Shown one piece after another: positions 1 through 11,836 of a stretch of DNA of 64,000 nt. Under the pieces are notes generated by a model. It had not been told where the DNA came from. It worked only from the letters and a program-made list of their open reading frames with translations, and ran no database searches. The stretch comes from Phoronis australis (lineage: Eukaryota > Animalia > Phoronida): contig NMRA01000416.1 in the NCBI GenBank assembly GCA_002633005.1, forward strand, positions 10,541 through 74,540. Reading direction: 5' to 3'. Made by a program: the position numbers and the translations under genes. The first letter of the stretch is position 1. Each line of letters begins with the position of its first letter.

Positions 1-71
1 TATAGCGTGAAATGGTTCTTAAAAGAACCGTTGAATAATTCAACATAAATCACACAGTATACCATGCTCAC

Positions 72-260
72 TCAAGTACTGAAGGTCCTCTTCATTCAAG
101 TTTTCATCTGGGAAGGTAGATTGGTTGAAAACAGAGGAGATGACAATATCGATGACAGTTGTAACACCTTAGAAAGTTAGATAGATATTACCGTTCACCA
201 ACGTTGTCACGAACCCTGCATCGTTCAGTTCTTGTTCCTGTATCCACAAATAATCCTGAA
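72..260 (-). pseudogene. Exon-like segment with one in-frame stop
   Basis: Strong tttttttcctacag acceptor and GTGAGC donor, 189 nt, phase 1-1. Reads QDYLWIQEQELNDAGFVTTLVNGNIYLTF*GVTTVIDIVISSVFNQSTFPDENLNEEDLQYL. Confidence 0.3.
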
Positions 261-1522
261 CTGTAGGAAAAAAATGACAAACAACACAACGAATCAAATT
301 TCGAAAATCATCGCCTTCGTGCGATTCCGTGTTGCTGTCACCAGACTAATGTTCTTCTCCAACGTCCATCGAAAAAATCGACGTTGCAAGTGATGGAAAC
401 TTGTCTACGCTCTCGTCCTTTGTTTCTAACTTTTAACCCATTTTTAATAAAGGGGTGTATTGTTTTTGTCTTAATCGTGTTAAATGCATATATATGAACT
501 GGTCTCATTGAGGTGCATAGCAAATCAATTAACTATAACAAATTAAAGTTTTGAAAATATAAAGAGCAGTGACAGACTCCCTAAAAATCAGGCTTGTTTT
601 CGAAAGGTTTGCGCCATTGGTGATCCGATTGGTTCAATCGCTTGCGGCGGGAAAAATGATAGACCCAGTTATCGTGCGCGTGACGATTGGTTCAATCGCT
701 TGCGGCGGGAAAATGATAGACCCAGTTATTGTGCGCGTGTACACTGTATCAATGCTTTGAATCTTATTTTTATTTGTCTAATCTGTTGATACAGTAAATT
801 TCCTTATTTATGCCCATCCTGATTTAACCCCGACTTGAGCTCCTTGGGTTCTACCATATTGGGGCTGTCCAGGGACTCACGTGTATGCGCGCACCCAGTC
901 TTCAAAATGGGGGGCTCGAATTCCTGACGTTATGGACCTGTTGTTAACAAGAGAGCGGGCAGACCTTTTTGCCCACTTCGCCAAATGGGGGGGGCTCGAA
1001 CCCCCTATCTGAGTGCGCGCATGACGTGGTGCTTACTCGAATGAGTTTCATTTTATAAATAGCGGCTATTTCCAATTGTGTAGGTGAAGTAAATTAACAA
1101 AGTGGACGATTATCATCACCGGTATTTCATCATTAGTATTTTTGTCGGCCTCTCAAGTTTTCCGTGGCTAGGGATTGTCACATCTGTAAGGTAGACGTGT
1201 TTCAGTGAACCTCCATGTTTGTGGCGTTATTTACACCTGACCAAACTTTGAAAAAGAAGCCCGCGTTTAAACCAGGAGCTGCATTGGGTGCAATTTGTGT
1301 AGACGTTTCATGCGCGTACCCAGCCTCTAATACGGGGGCTCGAATCTCTGGCAAAGTGGACCTTTTGCTAACAAAAAGCGTGAGAACTAAAATAAAAAAC
1401 GGGGTACTGCCGTATTGTGGACTTTCGTCTCTTTCTCTTGGACTTTTCCCCTGGGTGCGCGCATGCGTTTGTCTACGTTGCTAGTTTTTATAAATGTGGG
1501 CCTGTCTGTAGCCAAGTACGGT

Positions 1523-1730
1523 AAATTCATAAAAGGTCACGTGCAGTGCTACTCAAGTTCATTACAAATTAAAAATCCGAACTTTCAAACCGTTTGATCT
1601 GAGTTGACATCTCAAATCAAAATTATAAATTCATAAAAGGTCACGTGCAGTGCAACTCCAGTTCATTACAAATTAAAAATCCGAACTTTCAAACCGTTTG
1701 ATCCGAGTTGACATCTCAAATCAAAATTAT
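1523..1730. repeat. ~104-bp tandem duplication
   Basis: 'aaattcataaaaggtcacgtgcagtgc...ctcaaatcaaaattat' occurs twice. Confidence 0.9.
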
Positions 1731-2161
1731 GAAAATGCCACATAAAAGTATGAAATTGAAAATTAGCACACGTCAGCTTCACGTCCCTACCACCCCCTTG
1801 CTACCTCTTAGGGTTCATTTCCCTTGCTTCCGAGGTTTTTCGTTATTCTGGTATTTTCATAGACTGCAGCGTACTTGGCTAAGATGGTTCAAGTTTTGTG
1901 CGGCATACAGTCGACATAAATAATTGAGTATGTAGCCTGCTGTTGAATTGCGGGATAGATTTTGACAGGTCCAGGTATTTATTTCTGAAGTATTAATGTA
2001 ATCTTTATTTGTGTTAAAGGTTTTACTAGCGTAATATTTATTTGTACACGAATGTGAATTTGTTGAAATCGCTGATCCAAATCCTGGCCAAATCTGCGCA
2101 TTATGCTGAGACCAACCGTCTGATCAGGGCCACCTAAGAGTAATTTGGTTAATTCGCTCAT

Positions 2162-2678
2162 TAGACTATGGCTGAAGGTCCTCGTAAGGACAAGAGTTCA
2201 CCAGTCACTACCATTGGAAGAAATTTAGCGGACATTTTTCGTCAAAAAGTTTACCAGATAGTTTTCATCAAAACGGAGAAAAGAAAAATGGATTTGTGAA
2301 GACAGGATTAAGTAGTAGGCCTACCAGAGCCTCTTAAAAAACACCCATCTTCGAAGTGTCGTGAACAAATGTATGAGTTTTTTTTTGGAAGAAAAACTTC
2401 CATTCACGTCGACGCAAGAACATAACTTTTTCTCCCAAAGCGGATTTTGTGGTCTTCGTACACTATGGAAGCTAACGCCTCTGCATTTCGCCTGCGTAGC
2501 CGAACAACCGGCCACACAGCAACCGACCATGATTAGCTGACGACGTACTTGCCGGAAATTACACCAGATAATTGAGCCAGGTGTCGCCAGTGAATAATGA
2601 CGTAAAGGCTTGTGCGTAAGACCACAGATTTCGTCCATTGAAAGTAAACGGAGTTGGCGGTCCATGTACTATAGTCTA
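2162..2678 (-). mobile_element. Short DNA-transposon derivative with a frameshifted THAP domain
   Basis: MVGCCVAGCS...GVSFH, then ICSRHFEDGCF in a shifted frame; short inverted ends TAGACTAT ... ATAGTCTA. Superfamily not resolved. Confidence 0.65.
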
Positions 2679-2919
2679 TGATTTCATTGTGTTCATTCAT
2701 TATCATCCGTCAAATCGGCAATTTCCGAGATGTGATCTGCGGCGTGCGCGTATGTGTACAAAACACGTGATTGTTATGTTCCTGGAGTACGAAAATTAAG
2801 AAGGCTTTAACATGCCGTTTTTATTGACAGGGACACAATAAAACGAATTTGGATTTTGACTATAGTCTTGATACAGCGATCTGACTGACCACTGCGACAG
2901 TGTCTCCGTTAGACCCAGA

Positions 2920-3225
2920 AATTTCACACAGCCCGGGTAGTTCATTTCGTCCCCAACATGTAGATCGAGCCTTGGACTATTAATACTCCATGGCAGAGCT
3001 AACGACAGTCGGCCTGTGCACACAAAATCTGTGAGTTAACCAGCACTCACCTTGCACGTTACAGCCGACAGAAATTTCACACAGCCCGGGTAGTTCACCT
3101 CGTCCCCAACATGTAGATCGAGCCTTGGACTATAATACTCCACGACCACGGTAGAGCTAACGACCGTCGGCCTGTGCACACACAATCTGTGACTTAACCA
3201 GCACTCACCTTGCACGTTGCAGCCG
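2920..3225. repeat. ~150-bp tandem duplication
   Basis: 'agaaatttcacacagcccgggtagttca...cactcaccttgcacgtt' occurs at ~2917-3066 and ~3070-3225. Confidence 0.85.
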
Positions 3226-4099
3226 TTTAAGTGAAAAACAATCTAGTAAACGCCATTTTCTTGCATAATCCTCCGCCTTTTGAAACAAAAAAGTCTGTCG
3301 TCGATGACCCGCACACGCACGCTCACTCACTCTAATACGCAGACGAACTTCAAAACAAAAGTCACGTGACAACAACATGTGTGTTCATCCAGAGATTTTT
3401 CTCATGTTGTGGGGTACGATGTAGCGCAGATTTGGACTTAATCGCAATTAATTTGGACTCCACATGAACTTTAAAAATTGTAAAACATTAGGAAAGATTT
3501 CAGGTAATTTGTTGAGTCGAAACTATATTTTTATTTAAGAGTTCAAGTTTTCCTATTGACAATCGCGATTCAGCGAAGCATCAGTCGGCACGTTTTCGCC
3601 CTGTGATGAGCACAATTTTTTGAAAAATTATCGTAATTTAACAACGGAAGTTGATAGCAGTGCACCACAATTTTGTAGAAAGACTGTCATAGGCTACAAA
3701 TACGTCACAGAGCGTAAATTTGATGAATCCTAGCTTCCGATTTTACTGACCCGTTTAGGAAACCGGGTTTCAACTGCCGTAGGCTGCAATGAGCGTCCCC
3801 TCCCCGTGAAATGAATTTTTCTAAGCGTTTATTAGAGCCAATACAGTATACATCTTTCCACCAAGGCTAGGTGATGCTACGACATTATTCTTTGTTGCAT
3901 TAGTAACTGGTCTTGGCTAATTATCATTTTATGGCCTGGTCATCCATTCAGCCAAAAGTAGTTCTAGAGGTGGCTTATCAGCCAATTATTCACCCATGCT
4001 GACTCACAATAGAAGCCTGATAAGAGTGAAGGTGGATAAATGCGATGTTCCTACAGTTTCTNGGATGTGTTCACGACATGGGTGATTGTGCAGAGGCAT

Positions 4100-4510
4100 T
4101 ATCCTAAAAATTGCTCAGGTTGGCTTGGTTTTGACTACCCTCCGCCGTGGAGTATTTGCTACAATTTCTTTCAAGGGAAATATTGTTGGGCAGTTTCCAA
4201 GATACGTTTTCTTGCCGCCCTCAAAATGAGCGCTGCATACTTTATGCCACGAAGTCGGAAAGAACGTTCACTAAATCGGCCTTTGCTAACAGCTCTTCCA
4301 ATGTTTCTGACCCATTTTTACGCAGCTCTTGATCCTTGGGAAACAGGTAGTAACTAAATTCTTTATGTCGCCAACTGTTATTATAGCAGCCAGTTACACA
4401 ACACGTATAACCTCCCTGTGGCCGGTTCGCCCCCACTCTTGCCGAAGTACTTGTTTACCGGCTTAACCACAATGCAACATTCTGACCCATTTCCAATATG
4501 GCGGCGTTGC
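4100..4510 (-). mobile_element. Degenerate THAP-domain fragment (DNA-transposon relic)
   Basis: [31 protein letters not shown], then after frameshifts WVRNIGR...AHFEGGKKTY...PTIFP. Element ends not defined. Confidence 0.7.
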
Positions 4511-5279
4511 AGCTCCGCTAACAGGCGTGCGTTCAGTAGACGCTGGGACCTACGCTAGGACCTAGCTAAAACCTAGTCAAAGTCACGTGTTCTCAATTAA
4601 AATACACGGCAATATCTCACGTAATCTCTCGGAAGTCTTGCTTTTTAGCGAGGTCCGAGCGTTACTGAACGGGAGGCAGATTTCATTTCCCATAACCTAG
4701 CTTCAAATGGCTAAACCGATCAGCGCCGTCTTGAGGCATGGGGACGAGGCTGACTGGCGCGTGCAAGTATGCTTGACTTCTCAGTAGACGAGTATGTATT
4801 CATCTGAATATTTTTGTGTGTCTTCTTTTTCATTTTTCCATACATCCTCTTTCTGCTTGACTTCTAGACGAGTATGTATTCATCTGAATATTTTTGTGTG
4901 TCTTCTTTTTCATTTTTCCATACATCCTCTTTCAACACCTTTTTCAGCGCGTAAAATCACCCGTTTTGTAATGAATTATTCAAGCTTCACTTAGTATGTT
5001 ATAAAACGTGCTTCTTATTTTTGTCTCACACCATTAATTGCTTTGAGGTTTTACTTTAGAAATTTATTTATAATCCATGGCTTTACTCAAGTGTCTCTCA
5101 CTCATAGGCGCATGCGCCTAGTTCCGGTCATAGGGGCAGCTTTATATAAGTGTATTCGCCGAGATACGCGCATATCAGATATGAATGGGCTTACCATTAC
5201 CATGCCATCCAGGTATTTGTATCATGCCAATATTGTTTTTATTTACTGAAACTTCTGCGGCTGTGGTACTCATATTTTG

Positions 5280-5460
5280 CATTGTAAATATAATAATAGA
5301 CCAGGCAGTAACAACAAAGGAGCTTAAAATTCGTGAGGCTTTACATATCAGTTGGTGCAAGCCCAATCTCAATAGGCAACTGACACACCACAGGTTGTCA
5401 TTGTTGGTATAGTTCATTGTCACTCCCTGTAACTGACTGTATCTGTGCTTCANCAATATG
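5280..5460 (+). mobile_element. Penelope-like retroelement 3' fragment (GIY-YIG C-terminus)
   Basis: IIDQAVTTKELKIREALHISWCKPNLNRQ matches the Penelope endonuclease tail pattern 'LKIKEALHI...KP.LN.Q'. Confidence 0.7.
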
Positions 5461-6294
5461 TAACTTTTAGAACGTTATGAAATATTTTTGAAAACTGTAC
5501 TCTCAAAAATCTGGTGTAGTTTTTTGCACATTTAGAAGTACACTTACACTTGTTTTAGAACTAAGCTTATGTAGGACCCTATGGACATGTCCCTGTATTT
5601 CACCAAATATCTACAAAGCTATAGATTTTAAGTCAATAAAAGTAGAAAGTAGAAAGCCAGTAGAATTTGATTTGTGATTTTACCAATAGTCTATTAATTG
5701 GGTCACGTGACCACGTACTTTCGGTAAAATTTAATAAACTAACAGTATAAATAACAAGACCGAATTTCGCAGGATAATATAAATGCTCAACACGAAATCT
5801 CAGAAACGCTGTTAGGGTTTACATTTTATTCAACATTTAAATTTTAAATGGAAAAGTGCTGTTGTTTGATAACCCCTGCACAAGTGAACATTTTAAAAAC
5901 AATTCCTAACGGCATTTTGCAGAACACTGCATAAAGAATAGTTTTTATCAGTCATTCATGGGATATGTTGTTGCAAAGTGAACAAATATGGATATTTTTC
6001 TGCGGTCCTACAAAACCTTGATTTCTAAATTATGCATTCTTCAGCATGAATTCAAAACTTTTCAAAAGTGGATATGACATGGAAATGTTACTTTCAGTTT
6101 TAAAACAAAATTGACGCTATAACACCCGAGACGTTTTTACAAGCTAATAGAAATTTTATTGTAAAAACTAAAATGTATGCGGGCTGTATTTTACGTGTAA
6201 ATGCTCATCTTTCGATTGAGAAGGACGCGTGAATCTTTTCATTGATATTTCGACTGTCACTATTGGCAACACAACTTCGACGTCTCCGCTGGTC

Positions 6295-7600
6295 ATATCA
6301 CCATCACCATCACCATCACAATCATCATCATCATTCTTCTTCTTTTCTTCTTCTTCAAAATTCCCTGCCATGTAGTTTAACTTAAGAAGTTCAGTCTGGT
6401 CTTCTGGGCAAAGTTTGTGGTTCGCCTCAAAGACGCCGTTAGGGCAGCTTTTCAGTAAATTTTCTGGTGTCTGGAGACCAGTGCCACACGGGCACTCGTC
6501 TGTGTGAGAGATTTTCAGGCAATGCATGTGGGAGAGAAGCTGACAGTTGCCAGTTCATAGCCTGAGGATGATGACCTTTTCTTGCAGATAAAGCTGGTAG
6601 ACATAGTCGTCTTCAGGCCTCAGACGTGGGCTTTCCCTCCTGGCATTTCTAAAGTGGCTTCGTAGGAGGGTTTTAACTTCTCCATACGATGATGAGTCTG
6701 CTCTAGTTTGCCTCCAGCCTTAGAGAGTCTGTCTGCTTCCCCATTGTCACTTATTTCGCAAAGGGAGGGAATACATTGCAGCACAACAGTGGTTTTGCTG
6801 CTGAGAATGTGCATTCCCTGCTTGATTATTGCAGCCCCTGGTCTCTTCCTCTAGTCTTGAGGCTCGGGAGAGATCGACAGTCTGTGAGGAAGACTGTCTG
6901 ATACGGCAGCCTTGTTTGCTGGTTCAGTGTCTCGGCTGCGATGTACAGTATGATGAATTCACAACCTCCCCCATTTCTGACGGCATTCTCAGCACAGCCA
7001 TCTGTATAGGCTCGGGTCCAGGTGGTGCGTTTCCAGGGTGAGGGCCTTCAGGACTGCCTCCTGTTTTATATGCATTGCACCAATCCCAGGGATGTCGAGA
7101 ATGACAGGAGGAGCTTCCAGTGACTATTCTTCAAAGCCTTGGAGTATTTCTAGACTTTGGTTGATTGAGGATAGCAGAAGCACCTTGATGAGGTGGTTTG
7201 GTCTCTGTCTCTTGGCGCGGTTTTTGGCTGAGGTTTGGAGTGTGTAGTGCAGGGGATGTGACGGAAGCCACGTCATTTTCTCGCTCTGTATCAGGAGTTT
7301 CTTATCCCGTCTTTCTTCCAGTGAGTTTAAGCCTGCAGTGATGAGCGTGGTCATGTCTTCTGTGATTAAGTGCAGGTCAGCCATATGATTCTGGACATTG
7401 GCTAAGCCGTCTGTGTTGGTTTTGGCAGCTTCAGACCATGCGTCATAAACCATCTGGCGTCTGACAGACCCTGCGTAAACTTGGGTCACGATCTCCATGT
7501 TAGCGCCCCACCTGGTACCAGTTTCTTACTTCGTCACAGCAATTTTCTTAGTAGCTTTGCAGCACATGGCAGCGATGTTTTCCGGCACCAAGTAAGCCCA
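6295..7600 (-). mobile_element. 5'-truncated, degenerate RNase H-type non-LTR retrotransposon (I group, Nimb/Ingi-like)
   Basis: Post-RT segment GTRWGAN...QVYAGSVR; RNase H motif VVLQCIPSLCEISDNGEADRLSKAG; zinc knuckle ECPCGTGLQTPENLLKSCP; (GAA)n(GAT)n tail at about 6295-6355. Confidence 0.85.
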
Positions 7601-7708
7601 TCATCATCCGTTTCTGATACTTCTTGAGGGATTCTTGAAATTGAGCTCTCAACAATGACCTAGCTGCCTGTCATTTGATTTTGGCTATTTGTAGAAGCTA
7701 ATTTATAG

Positions 7709-7950
7709 ATGCCAGAAATGGTGGACCAACACAAGAATGGGAGACTTGGCTTTCAAACATGACCTCAAAAAATTGTTTCACTGCGTTTATATGAAAAACA
7801 CTTCAGTGCCAACCAGTTTATGCGTCCTTCAGACAAGACAAGCGGCAAGTCCAGAAAAAGTCTACGCAAGGACGCAGTCCTAACAAATTTCAACATTCCA
7901 AATCCACCGAAAGCAACCTCGGGTCGCCGTGTTATACAGAAAAGAGCCAT
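7709..7950 (+). mobile_element. THAP-domain C-terminal half (transposon relic, exon-like)
   Basis: After a tttatag acceptor: CQKWWTNTR..., then after a frameshift LRLYEKHFSANQFM...LRKDAVLTNFNIPNPPK (degenerate CxxHF and AVP boxes). Confidence 0.6.
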
Positions 7951-8333
7951 TGGAAACCATAGCCATGATCAGGCAGCAACATATACGAAAAGCAAAAAAA
8001 TCAAATGTATTTCATCTTTGCAGAAATTGAAAGAAAAACCAGCAACGATAGAATGTGTGATAATTTTTTACTGTATGAATTAGGAAAAGGAAAATTTCAA
8101 TGCCACAATTTATTAAGTAATTTTTCATTCATAGAGTAAAAACCATTTAATAGGCATTATAGTTATTTTGTATGAGCATTACCATAGCACAGCACAGACC
8201 ACATGTGTCATATACATTGTAAACAAAGGAAGAAATGAGGAACAAATTTGTTTGAAGTTATCTGTGGTAGTAATGCTAAGAATGCTTAGGTAAAATGAAC
8301 AACACTTCGTGCAAATATTTTAGAAATTGACAG

Positions 8334-8392
8334 CAGCAGAAGCAGCAACAACAACAAAAACAACGACGACGACAACGACAACGACAACAACA
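8334..8392 (+). repeat. Compound (AGC)/(AAC)/(GAC) microsatellite
   Basis: Visible trinucleotide run. Confidence 0.85.
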
Positions 8393-10381
8393 TGACACTA
8401 ATACCAGTAGGGGTATTTAGTAACCGGTTATACTCTGAAACTTTTCAGGTGACTGCTCAAGTTTTGACATGTGGATCTCATGAAATGTCCGCTCTGGGCT
8501 TGTCTGCGGGAAACTAAGGTAACGCCTAAAGTGGTCCTTCAGCGAGCATTTTACTGAAAATCGGCAAAGACGAGTGCTGAATTTAATGAAATATAAAAAC
8601 CAATTGTCCAGTCAAAATGTATTCATGGGTCACAAGAACGTCATAAATGTCTGACTTTTAATGTTTTACTGTACTCTCAACAAATGTTGCACATTGCAAA
8701 TGGGACTATGCGGTAGCGCAGAACATGATAAGAGTGAGCTTCCTGCACCGCAGGTAAGCACAGGCCTGTCGGTGTTCCGTAGACACATTAAACTCGCAAA
8801 AACACAGAACCATGCAAGACCAAGAGAAACATAATCGTGCATTACAAGAAAAGCACATGATTACATCAGCTTTACTCGCTAAATCCTTGTGTGTGTACGG
8901 AACGCTTAGTATCGCTCATTTCTGAGTATTGTGTTCCCATCATAATTTTGGCCCACTCCTTTTCATAGACAAAGCTCCACCTTAACAATTTCTTAGTTAG
9001 TACGTCCATATTACGTAAAAGACACAAGTTTTTGTAGAAAAACCTACGCTTGACACGCGTTAACATATAGCGCTACTCAAACCAGTTATTGGCACTTATT
9101 CTGGCGTATGGTACATCTAAGCGTGACATGTAAGAACTATCAGTTGAAACGATCATTCAATTTCAGACCCGTTCCCATATCAATACAGTCGTCCCAAGCG
9201 GAACTACTGTCACGACTACGACAAACCTTACAAACGAGAGTAACGCCTCCAGCGAGCCAAGCACGTTGTCTTATCTCCCGAGCGGTTTGCCGCGTGGAGC
9301 ATCCAAAGCTTACTACGGGGGGTTGTCAGGGGAAGTGGTGCACGCCCCCGTCAAGGGCGAACTAAACCAGTGCGATAGAAAGGAAAAGAAACGTACCTTT
9401 AGCGTGCCATTCGCAGTTGGACATAGCTCGGTATGTTGTTGTGTTGCGTTTCACGAACAATTGATATTGCTTCCAGGTACATTTTTGGGTTCTCTGCTCA
9501 AATCGGCGAGGAAATGATCGATTTGTCGTTAGATGTAGCTGCAAGTCTACACGCACTAGAGCAGCCAGAAAAATTCAACATGGGGGGAGGGTGGTGTAAA
9601 CTTGAAATTGATGCTGACCGGTTGGTAAAGGGTGAGATGAGTGGCATCCTGCAGGCACTTTGAACTTTTCAGTTTTAACATTCTTGTTATTCAAAACCGA
9701 TTCGTAATGATATCCAGATATACGTGCTTAGTGATTTCTCTGAGGCGTACGAACGTCCGTCAACGAGTGTGTTCCGAATTCATTCGTAGACAAACTACAT
9801 ATATGAGCGTTTTTCGTATTCGTCCAAGAAATTTTAATCTAAAATTTAGGCATTTGAATTATGAGTTTCTTTCTTGCACATCGATATCTGCTGATGGAAT
9901 TCTTGCTCATATATTCCTACAGTCCGCTACAAGCAATGACCCAGACAGCAACGTATCCAGCAATAGCCTCACTTCCAAAAAACGGAAACGAAAGCAGGAA
10001 CAACAAAGTAAACAGCATAGGAAAGATATGGACTCAGCAACGTCGAAAACAGATATCAGGGCGAGAACTAAATCTCTCGCTGCCGCCTGGAAAAAGCCCG
10101 GCTGCGAGAGTAAAAATTGTAAGTGCTGACAAGACACGCACCAATGCAGTTTATAGCGAACGAAAAGGAGAGTAACAAAGGCATATTGCGTGCTTGATAA
10201 AACACGGTTTTATCACACACCCATTTAACCATCCAAGGCAACGAATCCACCAACCACCCAATTCTTTTTAGCTAAGGTAACGGCCGGAATACCGTCACGG
10301 CAGTAAACTGTTTGAAATAAAAATTAAAAATCTTTGATAGTGTTGGTCGTCATGCTGTACACGGACACTAGACCTCTTTAA

Positions 10382-11836
10382 AGGCGAAGGCAACCTCTTT
10401 TCATGTCATTTTTAGCAAAAATAAGGTTCGTTGGTTATCCCAGACATATTTTACACTTAATTGTAATTTTTCGTAATTTAATTAATTACTCGTCCTCTAC
10501 TCCGGAAGTGACGTTTTGGGAGACAAGAATTTCGCGCCAATTTGACTCTGCGTTGAGTTTAGTGTGAGGATCTGTACTACTTTTGTTTTCGGGCTGTTAC
10601 TAAAATTGTCGTCAACACTTCCCATCGACGAATTTTCTACGCCAAACTAGGTTGTTAGAGAACCCAATTTCGTTGGATTTAGGGATTTTTAGTTTGTATT
10701 AATCTGAAAATGACTGGAGTCGGCGACCCATATCACAGTGACAGTAGTGACTTGATTAACGGAGACATTGGTCATATAGCAGTGGTGACGAGGATTTCTT
10801 TCACCTTGGGTGGGTATACTTTGAATGTTTGAGCCCGAGTATAATGAGGCAGAGTATGCACAGGCACAACTGTCCCACTTGCCCCAGTGTCCCGCGACAC
10901 ACTCCCACTGGATGGTGACCTGAGCACCCAAACTGCTTACATCCCGCAGTGTGACTCCCTCGCCACACACCTTGGTCTTTCTAAATAGCTCCAATGCTTT
11001 AGACAAGTCCACAATAAACTTATCAAAGTTTGGCTCACCGATCTGTTCGTTGGACGACGAACTGTCCTCTTCACTGGGTGTCGAACTGGGCGTGTATTCA
11101 CTCCCACAACTCAACATCGCTGCAGGGCGAATCACCGCTAGTTCCCAGAATTGCACGCTCTGTACCTTCGGAGGCACGGGTGACAGTAGATGAAGTACCT
11201 CCAGTCACTGTAGTGGCCATAGCTCGCGAGGCTTCTCGCTTCAAAAAACGCACTTCTCGGGGGTGGCGACGGAGCACTGCCGGAAAGCAACAGCTACGGT
11301 ATCGCACCCTTCTTCAGGCGTTGTTTCGCAGGGACCTTCATCAATTTAGCGTACATATCCTCCTCGTAATCTGACGGCAGAAAATGCTTGCCACACACTC
11401 GGTAACCTTCCACTGCTTTGAACGTTGCGTTGACGGGTAACGCTGCGTTCTTCACACGAACGAGCCAAGTACAGCGACGTGTGTCATCCTAAACGATGCA
11501 AAGCCTGGTATTCCCAAAGCGCGCGTGAGACGATGATGAGTACATCCCGGTACGCAGCAACAGTGTGGCATGTTGTCTGACTCGTAAACAAAAGCAAACG
11601 ACGACCGAACTTATCACAACCGAGGTAGAACAATGCCCGACTCGACAGCTCTCACAGACAGACTATATGAAAAGAAACTGGCGCGAAATTCTTGCCTCCC
11701 AAAACGTCACTTCCGGAGTAGTGCACGAGTAATTAATTAAATTACGAAAAGCTGTAATTAAGTGAAAAACATGTCTGGGATAACCAGCGAGCCTTATTTT
11801 TGCTAAAAATGACATGAAAAAAGGTTGCCGTCGCCT
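10382..11836 (-). mobile_element. Kolobok-type DNA transposon, internally deleted, with disrupted THAP and transposase N-terminus
   Basis: TTAA TSD (10378-10381 and 11837-11840), AGG...CCT ends and ~160-bp TIRs. ATG at 11571 gives MPHCCCVPGC...TWLVRVKN...RVCGKHF...KGAIP, followed by KFIVDLSKALELFRK...GAQVTIQWECVAGHWGKWDS. Confidence 0.88.

Noticed and set aside
1463-1520. Signal-peptide-like MRLSTLLVFINVGLSVAKY followed by a GT donor
   Set aside because: It lies in a diverged local repeat (compare ~885-1060) and no downstream plus-strand exons were found.
9641-10175. 162-aa ORF with KKRKRK and a C-x4-C-x-C end
   Set aside because: No recognisable domain or splice structure. It may be a transposon relic, but I cannot support a call.
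10382-11836. piggyBac assignment based on the TTAA TSD
   Set aside because: The termini are AG...CT rather than CC...GG, and the coding remnant is THAP plus a Kolobok-like N-terminus.
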